IMG/VR virus record: IMGVR_UViG_3300029288_000060
Span: 64,001-128,000 of that record
Reading direction: 5' to 3' (one strand)
Source: a virus
Lineage: Duplodnaviria > Caudoviricetes
DNA length: 64,000 nucleotides
The translations under genes and the position numbers were made by a program. Below are positions 11,026 to 19,910 of the stretch, piece by piece (the first letter of the stretch is position 1; each line of letters starts with the position of its first letter). The notes under the pieces were generated by a model. The model saw nothing but the letters and a program-made list of their open reading frames with translations, ran no database searches and was not told where the DNA came from.

Positions 11026-11037
11026 TAAATACTCCGC

Positions 11038-11316
11038 TTATCTAAGATTATAAATCATTTCGCTGATTTTATATGAATCATCAAATGTAACAATCGCATA
11101 AGAATAACCATTTTTGAATTTATGAGGCATTTCTACTGAGTTGACTGGATGACCCTTCTTAATACAATGGAGGTTGCGTTTCCATAATAACTTACCACTT
11201 TTCTGACAACTTATACATCCGTCATTCCAAACTTGAATAACTACTTTATTTCCAATACTACTTAAAAGTGGGTTATCAACTTTTTTTACAAAGTCTTTAA
11301 TTAAAGATGGTGTCAT
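11038..11316 (-). CDS. Hypothetical protein
   Basis: ORF with RBS. Confidence 0.5.
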   Translation of the reverse strand: MTPSLIKDFVKKVDNPLLSSIGNKVVIQVWNDGCISCQKSGKLLWKRNLHCIKKGHPVNSVEMPHKFKNGYSYAIVTFDDSYKISEMIYNLR

Positions 11317-11327
11317 ACTTATACCCC

Positions 11328-11747
11328 CTAATTAAGTTTCTTTTTTTCTAAGTTTTTCTCAACTTCTTGATTTAAAAGTTTCAACGTATTTGAAACTGTT
11401 TTATCTATTTCTCCAAAATAATTTTTTGCTGTTTCTGATTGTACAACATCAATACCTTTTTTTGTAATAATTATTTTGATAAGAGTATCTGACGTGGGAA
11501 TTAATATAGCTGACAAGAATGATAATATAAAAGGAAAGATACAAATAATAAACATTTTTTTTGAAAACCTTTTATAAATCAACCTTTCAGCTTCACTTTC
11601 TGGAGTAAGAGGTAATTCTGCAGATATAGCGTAGAGATAAATACATATTGCAAGCATTATTGCTGCAATAGTGACACCAGCAATAACTTCAAAAAGTAAT
11701 TTTATACTGTCAATATTCCAAATAATGTAAGATTCTAACCAAGACAT
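11328..11747 (-). CDS. Hypothetical membrane protein (2 TM)
   Basis: Two hydrophobic helices; AGGAG RBS. Confidence 0.6.
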   Translation of the reverse strand: MSWLESYIIWNIDSIKLLFEVIAGVTIAAIMLAICIYLYAISAELPLTPESEAERLIYKRFSKKMFIICIFPFILSFLSAILIPTSDTLIKIIITKKGIDVVQSETAKNYFGEIDKTVSNTLKLLNQEVEKNLEKKKLN

Positions 11748-11758
11748 ATTTTTCTCCT

Positions 11759-12553
11759 CTATTCTTTAAATTCCCCTAAAAACATTCCATTTTTACCATA
11801 CACTTTGACCATACCTTCTATGGTTGTTATAACAATCACCCCAAGTTTTACCAATTCAAACGCAGGATGATTGATATTTAGCTTCATGAATTTGTTGACT
11901 GCATAATATTCACAAACATAACATTGATTCCAGATCGAACCCCAGATTGAATCACAGACTGAACCCAAGATTGAATCACCGACTGAATTCCAAACTGAAT
12001 CCCAAAATGAATTCCAAACTGAATCCCAGATCGGACCCACGACTGGATTCTTGACTGGATTCTTGACTGAATTCCTGACTGAATTCCAGGGATTCGATCT
12101 GATCGAATCCCTGACCGAACCTTCTATATCTACCAATATCCTTCTCAGCCTTTTTTCATCTGGCATCTTTGTTGCTTTTATGGGATTGATAAATTTATAC
12201 TTTTGCAACCTTGTATAGATATCTTTCGTATATCCCCAGTTAGGAACAACCTTATTAAAGTCCAGCTTTTTACAAAATTCCTCTACTTGTCTAGAATCAT
12301 CAAGTATAAATCCTTCGTTATAATCTACTGCGTTTAATTGATCAATTATAAACTTTTTTGTAAACGGATTATATTCATATTTGTTGGCTTTATCCACTGG
12401 GATTTCACGTCGGAAGTAATCACCAATTGAATCATGAGAATCTTCTGAGTATGATATTTTACCATCACGAATCTGTTGGCGAATATCTTTATCAAAATAA
12501 CGTATTTTACCTTTCCCATTCGATATTAAACTGAAAAAATCGCACATTATCAA
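11759..12553 (-). CDS. Hypothetical protein with (W/G/R)(D/N)SV tetrapeptide repeats
   Basis: MCDFFS start; WDSVWNSFWDSVWNSVGDS repeat tract. Confidence 0.65.
   Translation of the reverse strand: MIMCDFFSLISNGKGKIRYFDKDIRQQIRDGKISYSEDSHDSIGDYFRREIPVDKANKYEYNPFTKKFIIDQLNAVDYNEGFILDDSRQVEEFCKKLDFNKVVPNWGYTKDIYTRLQKYKFINPIKATKMPDEKRLRRILVDIEGSVRDSIRSNPWNSVRNSVKNPVKNPVVGPIWDSVWNSFWDSVWNSVGDSILGSVCDSIWGSIWNQCYVCEYYAVNKFMKLNINHPAFELVKLGVIVITTIEGMVKVYGKNGMFLGEFKE
11926..12121 (-). repeat. Degenerate 12-nt coding tandem repeat
   Basis: Units such as ACTGAATTCCAA / ACTGAATCCCAA / ACTGGATTCTTG recur with 12-nt period. Confidence 0.75.
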
Positions 12554-12588
12554 TCTCCCATTAAAATTTTTTAAATGTCAATTGTCCA

Positions 12589-12801
12589 TTAATTATCATC
12601 TTTTTCATTATAATTTTCATTATATATTCTTTCCCAATACCAAATAGATTTAGGAGTATGAGTTAACCATAATCCGTAATAAGCTAGTAATGATGTTGGA
12701 ATAGTCGATACTAATGAAATTAACCAACCTCGTATGACCAAAGAAGAACATTGTTCAATCGCAGTTGGAGAATTAGTCATCGGACCTAAAACTTCACCCA
12801 T
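12589..12801 (-). CDS. Small membrane protein (start uncertain)
   Basis: Hydrophobic ORF; frame is open about 30 codons further upstream without an ATG. Confidence 0.35.
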   Translation of the reverse strand: MGEVLGPMTNSPTAIEQCSSLVIRGWLISLVSTIPTSLLAYYGLWLTHTPKSIWYWERIYNENYNEKDDN

Positions 12802-12942
12802 TGCAATAAAAAGTAAAATTAGAACACTACAACCTCCAATAGTTAAAACATAATAAATTAATGAGCAAGTAATAAAACAAATTATTTTTTCTAATTATCT
12901 TTATTAAGTAATTATTTCTATACATATCATCCTCTCTTTTAT

Positions 12943-13185
12943 TCATGGGTGAGTTCTAAGTTCATCTAAATGTTTATCTTCCTCTAATTCTTTTAAATAT
13001 TTTTCAGCATCTTCGTAAGTTTCAAAATACTGAGAATCTCTTGATCCTGGTTCTGTAAATTTGAATTCTGGATTGTAATACATTGTTCCAATGTAATAAC
13101 CACATCCGGAGTGACATATTTGTAAATCTGAATAATTTTTTTTATCATAAATATATTCTGCAGCTTCTATCATTGGTGATCTCAT
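12943..13185 (-). CDS. Hypothetical phage protein
   Basis: GYYIGT...EPGSRDS.YF.T pattern; AAGGAG RBS. Confidence 0.6.
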   Translation of the reverse strand: MRSPMIEAAEYIYDKKNYSDLQICHSGCGYYIGTMYYNPEFKFTEPGSRDSQYFETYEDAEKYLKELEEDKHLDELRTHP

Positions 13186-13405
13186 ATCTTCTCCTTTTAT
13201 CCAAAAATCTAATTTTTTATTTTAATGGCAGTTAAGCCATTAACTGCCAAAAGTTTATTTAACACTTCAAGATTAATATATCTTGTTCTATTTAATATTT
13301 CCCAACATGAATCACAGATGCAATCTTCGAAACTTTCATTTAATTCCCAACCGCAGTATTTACATATTATTTTCTCTTCCATCAAACATTTTCCTCCATG
13401 TTAAT

Positions 13406-13495
13406 TGGGGCAGGAGGTAGGACTTGAACCTACAATTGTTGGTTTCTCGTTTTATCGAGCCGGCTCCCATGCGCTTCCATTAGGCGACTCCTGCC
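13406..13495 (-). tRNA. tRNA-like RNA: His-type acceptor (G-1:C73), encoded CCA, aberrant anticodon arm
   Basis: GCAGGAG/CUCCUGC acceptor + C73 + CCA; T arm GUAGG-UUCAAGU-CCUAC; D loop AAUGGA; no 7-nt anticodon loop. Confidence 0.7.
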
Positions 13496-13502
13496 ATATT
13501 TA

Positions 13503-14732
13503 TTAACTTTTCTTCCAAGGTTTTACTTCAGTTGAATCTTTTATATTATGAATTGGAATAATTCTATCAAGAATAGTTGCTGTTGGTTCTATTGCTTTTT
13601 CAATTATTTTTGAATCTTTATAAGCATCTGGAGATTCATCTATTGTTGCCATACAAACTGATGTAGAAAATATTCCTTCCATATCATTTTTGAATTTTTC
13701 AATGTCTAAATCCTCTTTAGCTTTTGCTCTAGAATGGTTTCTACCTGCACCATGAGGAGCAGAATAATTCCATTCTGAATTAGATTTTCCTTCACATATA
13801 AGAATTCCATCTCTCATATTAAAGGGGATTAACATTCTTTCTCCAATATAAGATCTAATTGCACCTTTTCTAATTATTCCATCTTTTGGATCAATGTAAT
13901 TATGAATGGTTTCAATTTGATCTTTTATATCTACTGATATTTTTAGATCATTTTTTAAAATACTTATAATTGATTCCATTATGGTTTTTCTATTTAATTT
14001 TGCATAATCTTGACAAAAGTACATATCTTTCAAATAGCTGTCTTTATTATCACCTTCAAGAAAATCTAATGGTGATGGTTTTAATCTTCTTCGTTCATTA
14101 TTAAGTTGTTTAATTTTTTTATCCCATTCTTTTTTAGGATATGTTTCTTTTATTTCTTTTATTGCTATATTTTTATCTGGAAGTTTTCTTATAGAAGCAA
14201 TTTTCTGCCAGTATTCACAAACTTTTTTTCCTAAATTTCTTGAACCTGAATGAATTGTAACCCAAACATCATTATTGGTTACTGACTTTCCTATTTCTAT
14301 AAAGTGGTTTCCTCCACCAAGTGTTCCAATACTATGAACGACATAATCAGAATTAATTCCAAGTTTTTTACATAATTCATAACCTGAATTATGTAAATCG
14401 CTTTTACTTTTTTTATTAATATTCTGCCCCAAGGGTATTGATTGTCTTATTCTTATATCTAATTCTTTATGATTAACAACAATGTCGCCTACATTAAAAG
14501 AAAGCATTCCACAACCTTTATCAACTCCAACTACATTTGGTATAACTTTATCACTTACTGGCATTGTAAATCCAATAACTGATCCTTTTCCATAATGACA
14601 ATCAGGCATAATGATAACTTTGTTTGTAAAAGCTTCATGATTAATCATTTGAATAATTTGACTTATACATGATTCTTCCACTTCATCAATCATTATATAA
14701 GCTGTTGTATATTTACCTATTAAAGGGAACAT
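13503..14732 (-). CDS. rtcB: RtcB RNA ligase
   Basis: MPDCHYGKG, GVDKGCG, GTLGGGNHFIE, HSGSR, HNY, SAPHGAGR, DESPDAYK motifs. Confidence 0.95.
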   Translation of the reverse strand: MFPLIGKYTTAYIMIDEVEESCISQIIQMINHEAFTNKVIIMPDCHYGKGSVIGFTMPVSDKVIPNVVGVDKGCGMLSFNVGDIVVNHKELDIRIRQSIPLGQNINKKSKSDLHNSGYELCKKLGINSDYVVHSIGTLGGGNHFIEIGKSVTNNDVWVTIHSGSRNLGKKVCEYWQKIASIRKLPDKNIAIKEIKETYPKKEWDKKIKQLNNERRRLKPSPLDFLEGDNKDSYLKDMYFCQDYAKLNRKTIMESIISILKNDLKISVDIKDQIETIHNYIDPKDGIIRKGAIRSYIGERMLIPFNMRDGILICEGKSNSEWNYSAPHGAGRNHSRAKAKEDLDIEKFKNDMEGIFSTSVCMATIDESPDAYKDSKIIEKAIEPTATILDRIIPIHNIKDSTEVKPWKKS

Positions 14733-14759
14733 AAGATTCTTCCTTTTCTAAAAAATATT

Positions 14760-14930
14760 TTATATATAATGATTTTTGATTCTCTCCATTTGAGCTTCTG
14801 TTAAATTTAGTCCTTTCCAATCAAGAATACCTAGTTCTTTATCAATTTCCCATCGTTCTTGGTCTGACAATTTTAAAAAATTTCTTGGTCTTTCAAATGA
14901 CTTTTCATACATTTCTTCTTGAGTTAACAT
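14760..14930 (-). CDS. Small hypothetical protein (56 aa, MLTQEEMYEKSF...), not in the ORF track
   Basis: AAGGAG RBS; the open frame fills the gap upstream of rtcB. Confidence 0.5.
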   Translation of the reverse strand: MLTQEEMYEKSFERPRNFLKLSDQERWEIDKELGILDWKGLNLTEAQMERIKNHYI

Positions 14931-15624
14931 GTTTCTTCTCCTTTAAACGTTGAAGGTTATGTTTTTCTCTTAATTCAATTCCATTTTCATGTAGTTTTGC
15001 AACCAATTCCATAATTTTTTCAACGGTTGGTTCTAAAAGATTATGCCCTTTACTATCCGCACCAAGATTGATAAATTCTGGTTTTATGTCAACAATCCAA
15101 TTGCATAAAATATCAACATCAAAATCTAGGATTGGTTCAAGAGTGATAAACTTTCTTTCATTTAATTTCATCATACAAATGGCTCTTTCTTCTGTAGTAG
15201 GTGCATTTGAAATATTGGGTATTAATCTATTAGTTTCTATTGTTGTGCCAAAAATTCTGTGTTCAGGCCAAATATTAAAATAATCTAAAAGTTTTTGAAA
15301 AAGAATTGGATTTTTAGATTGGAAAACATAAGTATTATTTGGCCACATTTTACAATGCATTAAAATATTAAATATGTATTCAATAGGAACATCATTTGCA
15401 AATAAATCATTCATATGCTCAATAAAAATTGTTTTGTCAGTACCATAAATTACATCAAATTCTGCATCAATTATTCTTAGGGGACCTTTAAATCTTTCAT
15501 TTCTTCCAAGGTTTGGATTATCAACATAACAATAAATACATCTATGAGAACACTCACCAGCTAAATGTGAATGCATATGAGTAACCCAATGATACATATT
15601 TCCTTTTGATTTTATTAATGGCAT
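14905..15624 (-). CDS. Radical SAM-like protein (DUF5131 / phage Gp37-Gp68-like)
   Basis: CSHRCIYCY motif, MNDLF, QSKNP, GTTIETN, TLEPI. Confidence 0.7.
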   Translation of the reverse strand: MPLIKSKGNMYHWVTHMHSHLAGECSHRCIYCYVDNPNLGRNERFKGPLRIIDAEFDVIYGTDKTIFIEHMNDLFANDVPIEYIFNILMHCKMWPNNTYVFQSKNPILFQKLLDYFNIWPEHRIFGTTIETNRLIPNISNAPTTEERAICMMKLNERKFITLEPILDFDVDILCNWIVDIKPEFINLGADSKGHNLLEPTVEKIMELVAKLHENGIELREKHNLQRLKEKKHVNSRRNV

Positions 15625-16241
15625 GTTTCTTCTCCTTCTCCTTCTCCTTCTAATGAATTATAATAATGATTTTCTTCTATATATTTCATAATTTTTTCTA
15701 ACGAGTTAAAAACTTTTAATTCATACGTAGAGTGACGTCTTGTTTTCATTAATTTATATATATTCTTTTTGTCATTAAACAAGATAAAATAAACACCATT
15801 TTCATATAATGTGTGTTCAAAAATATCTATGAATTTAAACCCTTTATAGGCGCCTTTTTTAAAAGGTTTTAAAAATGGCGAGATTTCTTTAATACTATCT
15901 ATTATTTTATTAGTGAACTCAGTATTATTTTTTATTAATGCTATTTTAATGCTATTTTGAGAAGTTTCTTGAATGATACCACCAGTCAAAAGATTCCGAC
16001 GTCGCATTTCCTCGCAAAATTTATCATATACTAGTTGTCCACTATAACAATCTAAAAGTACTGTCCAATTTAAAGTTTCAGATAATAAAATTTTTCCTAT
16101 TTCATCTTGAATGCTATCAATTTTTTCACCATTAGATGAAATTTCATCTTCTATTGGTTTTAGAAGCTTATGTAATTCCTTATTTCTTTTTTCTAATTCT
16201 TTTTTCTGTCTGGTTAATTTATTTATTTTTTCTTTATTCAT
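15615..16241 (-). CDS. Hypothetical protein, N-terminal coiled coil
   Basis: 208-aa ORF in operon. Confidence 0.55.
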   Translation of the reverse strand: MNKEKINKLTRQKKELEKRNKELHKLLKPIEDEISSNGEKIDSIQDEIGKILLSETLNWTVLLDCYSGQLVYDKFCEEMRRRNLLTGGIIQETSQNSIKIALIKNNTEFTNKIIDSIKEISPFLKPFKKGAYKGFKFIDIFEHTLYENGVYFILFNDKKNIYKLMKTRRHSTYELKVFNSLEKIMKYIEENHYYNSLEGEGEGEETCH

Positions 16242-16288
16242 TTTTTATCACCAATATATCTCAAAAGTTAGTAAGCCCTCTTATATCC

Positions 16289-16498
16289 TTACTTGTTATT
16301 ATCATTTTTTTCCGTTTCCTCTATTTTTACCTCGAATACTGTCCACATTCCATTTTTTCTTCTAACACCATCTTTCACTACTCTATGAGCTAAATCTCTA
16401 GCCACATAGTTACGGATTTGTAAGATATCTTTAGAATCACCTTCCCACAAAACGCCGTGACCTAAAATGTCATTATCAAACAAGACTCTAATTCTCAT
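16289..16498 (-). CDS. Hypothetical protein
   Basis: GAGG RBS. Confidence 0.5.
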   Translation of the reverse strand: MRIRVLFDNDILGHGVLWEGDSKDILQIRNYVARDLAHRVVKDGVRRKNGMWTVFEVKIEETEKNDNNK

Positions 16499-16644
16499 CT
16501 TTCACCTCAAATTGAACCTTTACTTAATATTATCCATAACATTTTTAACCTCTATTTACAATAAATGACCGTAAAAAATCCAACACAAATTATAGCAAAT
16601 ATTGTAAACAATATAATCATTAATCTTTTGAGATCAGACATGTT

Positions 16645-17172
16645 TTATCTCCTCTCAGCTCCTTTTATAAAGTTAAAATTATCTGGTTTATCTTCCATTA
16701 AAAGAAAGATTTTTTCTTCTGATATTGGATAATAATTATTATTATCTACTCCAATATCATAACATTTTCCTTGTATTATATCATTTAATCTACCATGTGA
16801 ATGACCAAAGAGCAAAATACTATTATGGTGTGATTTGGGCCAAACTATCATTGCAAAATGACATACAACTATATGATTATTATTAATTCTTCTTTGCCAT
16901 ATTTCATGATAATTTTGATTCATCCATTTATCATGAGAACCTCTAATAAAGAAATGATTTCCGTTTAATTGATCAATAATTTTTTGTGCATCTTGGTACT
17001 TATTTAAAAAAGTAAAATCACCCCCATGAATAACTATATCATTTTTAGTAACAATTTCATTATTTCGTTTTATTAATTCTTTATGCATTTCAGTTAAGTT
17101 TTTAAAAGGTCGATTACAATATTTGATGATGTTTTTGTGATAGTAATGTTCGTCAGCGGTAAAAAAGTACAA
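16645..17172 (-). CDS. Metallophosphoesterase (phage type)
   Basis: TADEHYYHKNI, GGDF, RGSHD, CHF, FGHSHG, DIGVD motifs. Confidence 0.85.
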   Translation of the reverse strand: MYFFTADEHYYHKNIIKYCNRPFKNLTEMHKELIKRNNEIVTKNDIVIHGGDFTFLNKYQDAQKIIDQLNGNHFFIRGSHDKWMNQNYHEIWQRRINNNHIVVCHFAMIVWPKSHHNSILLFGHSHGRLNDIIQGKCYDIGVDNNNYYPISEEKIFLLMEDKPDNFNFIKGAERR

Positions 17173-17201
17173 TTATTTACCTCCTCTTAAATTTATATTT
17201 T

Positions 17202-17459
17202 TCAATTGATTTTAGGTAATTTACCTCTACCAAAAGTTACTCTATTAAAAGTATGATGTAATTTTTTTAAATAATTTATAGATGCACCTCGTTGGTGATT
17301 TACAGTTATTATTTCTTCTTCCTCTGTAAGATGCTCAATTTTTTCAGAGTTCACAAATATAACAACTTCCGGAATTTTATGATTAGTAAAAAAGTTATTT
17401 GTTGATTTCCAACCATTACTAAATAAATATTGTTTACACATCTCTTCTACTGATCTCAT
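17202..17459 (-). CDS. Hypothetical protein
   Basis: ORF with RBS. Confidence 0.5.
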   Translation of the reverse strand: MRSVEEMCKQYLFSNGWKSTNNFFTNHKIPEVVIFVNSEKIEHLTEEEEIITVNHQRGASINYLKKLHHTFNRVTFGRGKLPKIN

Positions 17460-17473
17460 ATTATATTCCTATT

Positions 17474-17830
17474 TTATATTTTAACTCCCATTTTTTTAGC
17501 TTTTTTAACAGCACAATTTGGACATCTAAACTCCGGATCCTTCTCTCTTGTTTTATCATACTTATGCTTTAAAGCAATTCTAAAACCATACTTATAGATG
17601 GTATTACAATCACTACATTTAATATAACTTTTAATTTCCCATAAAGGTTTATAATATTTTACAACGAATATGTATTGGTCAACCCAAAAGAAGATACATG
17701 CTCCAATAAAATTTGCTATTATTGTAAGTATTAGATCATTATCAACTATAACACGTAAATACTTTATACATGCCCAAAGAATAGGTGTACTTAATTGCCA
17801 CCGTACTGCATAATATATAAATTTTTTCAT
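17474..17830 (-). CDS. GtrA-like membrane protein with C-terminal zinc ribbon
   Basis: RWQLSTPIL...IIANFIGACIFFWVD; CSDC...CPNC. Confidence 0.5.
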   Translation of the reverse strand: MKKFIYYAVRWQLSTPILWACIKYLRVIVDNDLILTIIANFIGACIFFWVDQYIFVVKYYKPLWEIKSYIKCSDCNTIYKYGFRIALKHKYDKTREKDPEFRCPNCAVKKAKKMGVKI

Positions 17831-17882
17831 TAATTGTCCTTTACTTTTCTTGATTTTATAACAAAAAAATATATTCAGGAGT

Positions 17883-17917
17883 GGGCAAGTAATAGTAAAA
17901 ATCCCTATTACTTGCCC
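17883..17917 (-). terminator. Terminator-like hairpin downstream of the ncRNA
   Basis: GGGCAAGTAATAG / CTATTACTTGCCC perfect 13-bp inverted repeat. Confidence 0.65.
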
Positions 17918-17956
17918 TATGGAGGAGGATAAATGGTGAAGCAGAACACATTTTTA

Positions 17957-18232
17957 AAGTTCCAAGTGGCAGCTGGAAGTTGTTAAGATGCTGAGAGAAG
18001 CACAACTTTACCCAGATTTTTCCAATGTCTTCAATCTTTTTATCTTAAATCTTAAATACCCAATATTTTATCTGCGTGGGTATGCAGTCAATCTTTAGTC
18101 TTTAGACTTTAGTCTTCAAATAGGTAGTTGGACAATATCCAACAATCGTTTTATTATCCCAATAGCATAAGTTCATTCATTAACCCAAGAATGTGAGGCT
18201 CTCATTTCTTATTTTTACACCACTGAAACCTT
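17957..18232 (-). ncRNA. Putative structured ncRNA with two arrays of 7-nt NNAAGAY repeats
   Basis: No ORF; 5' AAGGUUUCAGUGGUG pairs with 3' UGCCACUUGGAACUU; internal hairpins; AGAACAAA promoter motif upstream (18243-18250); hairpin downstream. Confidence 0.65.
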
Positions 18233-18275
18233 GATTTTATATTTTGTTCTAAAAAAGTAATTAAAAAACTTTTAT

Positions 18276-18806
18276 TTAAGATACTACATCTGTTGTTGCA
18301 TTTAACATTTCAAGATGAGCATCGATAAAGTCAAGTTTATTTTGTAGATCTTTTAAATAATTATTTTTAAATTCTTCATCATAGAGCTGAATCGATATGG
18401 ATTTGCTACCATCCACATTATATTGCATACCTCTCATTAATTTTGAATCAGCTAATGTTTTATTTAAGGCATTAAAAACTGCCTGATATTCTTTATAATT
18501 TAGTTTAAACATAAGAGCTTCCGCAATTGATATTTCTTCTTCTGGAATGATAATACCTTTTGGAATTCTAATTTTTGTTTTGATATTGGTTTGGTCAATT
18601 ATAATTTTTAGCTCTGCTCTTCTTGAAAGAAGGTCCAAGGCTGATTGAATCAAACTCATAACGTAGTTTTTCTGAGTTTTCTCAGAATCAAATGCAGGTT
18701 TTTCTGTTGATGTTATTGATGAGTATTTTTGAATATCTTCAATAACATGAAGGACTTTCTTTTTATTTAACTTCTTTTCTTTTAAAACTTCAATCATTTT
18801 AGGCAT
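18276..18806 (-). CDS. DIP1984/DUF6847-like helical protein
   Basis: Pattern LK..I.QTN.KT...ISIAEAL...IDAHLEMLNATT recalled for this family; coiled-coil character. Confidence 0.55.
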   Translation of the reverse strand: MPKMIEVLKEKKLNKKKVLHVIEDIQKYSSITSTEKPAFDSEKTQKNYVMSLIQSALDLLSRRAELKIIIDQTNIKTKIRIPKGIIIPEEEISIAEALMFKLNYKEYQAVFNALNKTLADSKLMRGMQYNVDGSKSISIQLYDEEFKNNYLKDLQNKLDFIDAHLEMLNATTDVVS

Positions 18807-18956
18807 AGATTAATCTCCTTTTATATATTTTATAGGATTATTTTAATAATCCTTTCTGCCCAATACAAAATAAATAAATAAAAAAGACTTAGTCGTGTCT
18901 AACACACGACTGGTCAAAAAGCAATCTATAGTTAGATTATAATTTGTTTTTCTTAG

Positions 18957-19020
18957 TAATTAATATATATAGAGGTTATTTTTAAACATGATTTTTAAAT
19001 TTTATAGAACAAATATATGA
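18957..19020. promoter_or_regulatory. Divergent promoter pair: CTATATATATTAA (minus) and TAGAACAAA (plus)
   Basis: Both recurrent motifs sit back-to-back between divergent genes. Confidence 0.55.
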
Positions 19021-19090
19021 ATCAACAAAATCCAACCGAGTTAAAAATAAAAAGTGAGCCTACTCGGTGCTCAGTAAAAGGAGAAATATC

Positions 19091-19864
19091 ATGACATACA
19101 ACACAGGATTTGTCGCAGTAGTAAAATGGAATGGAAAGATTTTACGGGAGGATAAGGATTTAGTATTTTTACCTTTTGGATCAGAATATTCTATTCTTTT
19201 AAAAAATCTGAATTCAAGAAAATGTTTAGTTAAAATTTCAATTGATGGACAAGATGTATTAGATAACAATTCCTTGGTATTAGAACCTAATACTGAAATA
19301 GAACTGGAAGGTTTTATGAAAGGAATGAAAGCAAAAAATAAATTTAAATTTATTAAGAAAACTAAAGAAATTTCAGATTATAGTGGTGATAGAATTGACG
19401 ACGGAATTATTAGAATAGAATATTGGTTTGAGAAAATAGTTAAAAGACTACAAATTATAAATGAATACATTTATACTCCCTACTATACTTATGATCTTAT
19501 TTCAAATTCTACTCAATGGCACCAATTACAGTATGGAACACCACTAAAACAAAATACTTTAACAGGTGATAAAGTTTCAAGTAACCTTTCTTCTAGTATT
19601 AATTTAAATTCAGTAAATTTTGTTCAAGATGAAGGAATTACAGTTAAAGGAAGAGAGATTAACCAAAACTTTTCTTATGGGCATTTTGGCCAACCAGAAG
19701 ATTATTCGAATGTTATCATTTTAAGATTAATTGGATCTAAAAAAACTGGAGAAATTATTAAAACTCCTATAACAACAAAAACAAAAAAAATATGTTCAAC
19801 ATGTGGTAAAAAATCAAAATCTAATTTAAAATATTGTAGTAATTGTGGAACATTTTTAGACTAA
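19091..19864 (+). CDS. Hypothetical protein with C-terminal double zinc ribbon
   Basis: ATG 19091 after AAGGAG; LPFGSEYSILLKN motif; CSTCG...CSNCG. Confidence 0.7.
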   Translation: MTYNTGFVAVVKWNGKILREDKDLVFLPFGSEYSILLKNLNSRKCLVKISIDGQDVLDNNSLVLEPNTEIELEGFMKGMKAKNKFKFIKKTKEISDYSGDRIDDGIIRIEYWFEKIVKRLQIINEYIYTPYYTYDLISNSTQWHQLQYGTPLKQNTLTGDKVSSNLSSSINLNSVNFVQDEGITVKGREINQNFSYGHFGQPEDYSNVIILRLIGSKKTGEIIKTPITTKTKKICSTCGKKSKSNLKYCSNCGTFLD

Positions 19865-19865
19865 A

Positions 19866-19908
19866 AAAATAAGAGAGTGAGATGATACTAATCTCACTCT
19901 CTTATTTT
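19866..19908. terminator. Bidirectional terminator
   Basis: AAAATAAGAGAGTGAGAT / ATCTCACTCTCTTATTTT. Confidence 0.75.
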
Positions 19909-19910
19909 GT

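Noticed and set aside
11759-12553. Diversity-generating retroelement target
   Set aside because: No reverse transcriptase and no template/variable repeat pair differing at adenines seen in the window.
12802-12930. Frameshifted N-terminal extension of the 12589-12801 membrane ORF
   Set aside because: The upstream ATGs reach stops. A pseudogene, a non-ATG start and a sequence error cannot be told apart, so no claim is made.
13406-13495. Assignment as a normal decoding tRNA (His or other)
   Set aside because: No 5-bp anticodon stem with a 7-nt loop and no GUG; kept as tRNA-like.
17957-18232. tmRNA, RNase P, 6S or group I intron identity for the ncRNA
   Set aside because: No tRNA-like Ala acceptor or T arm, no RNase P P4 consensus, no P7 (GACUA/UAGUC) core recognised.
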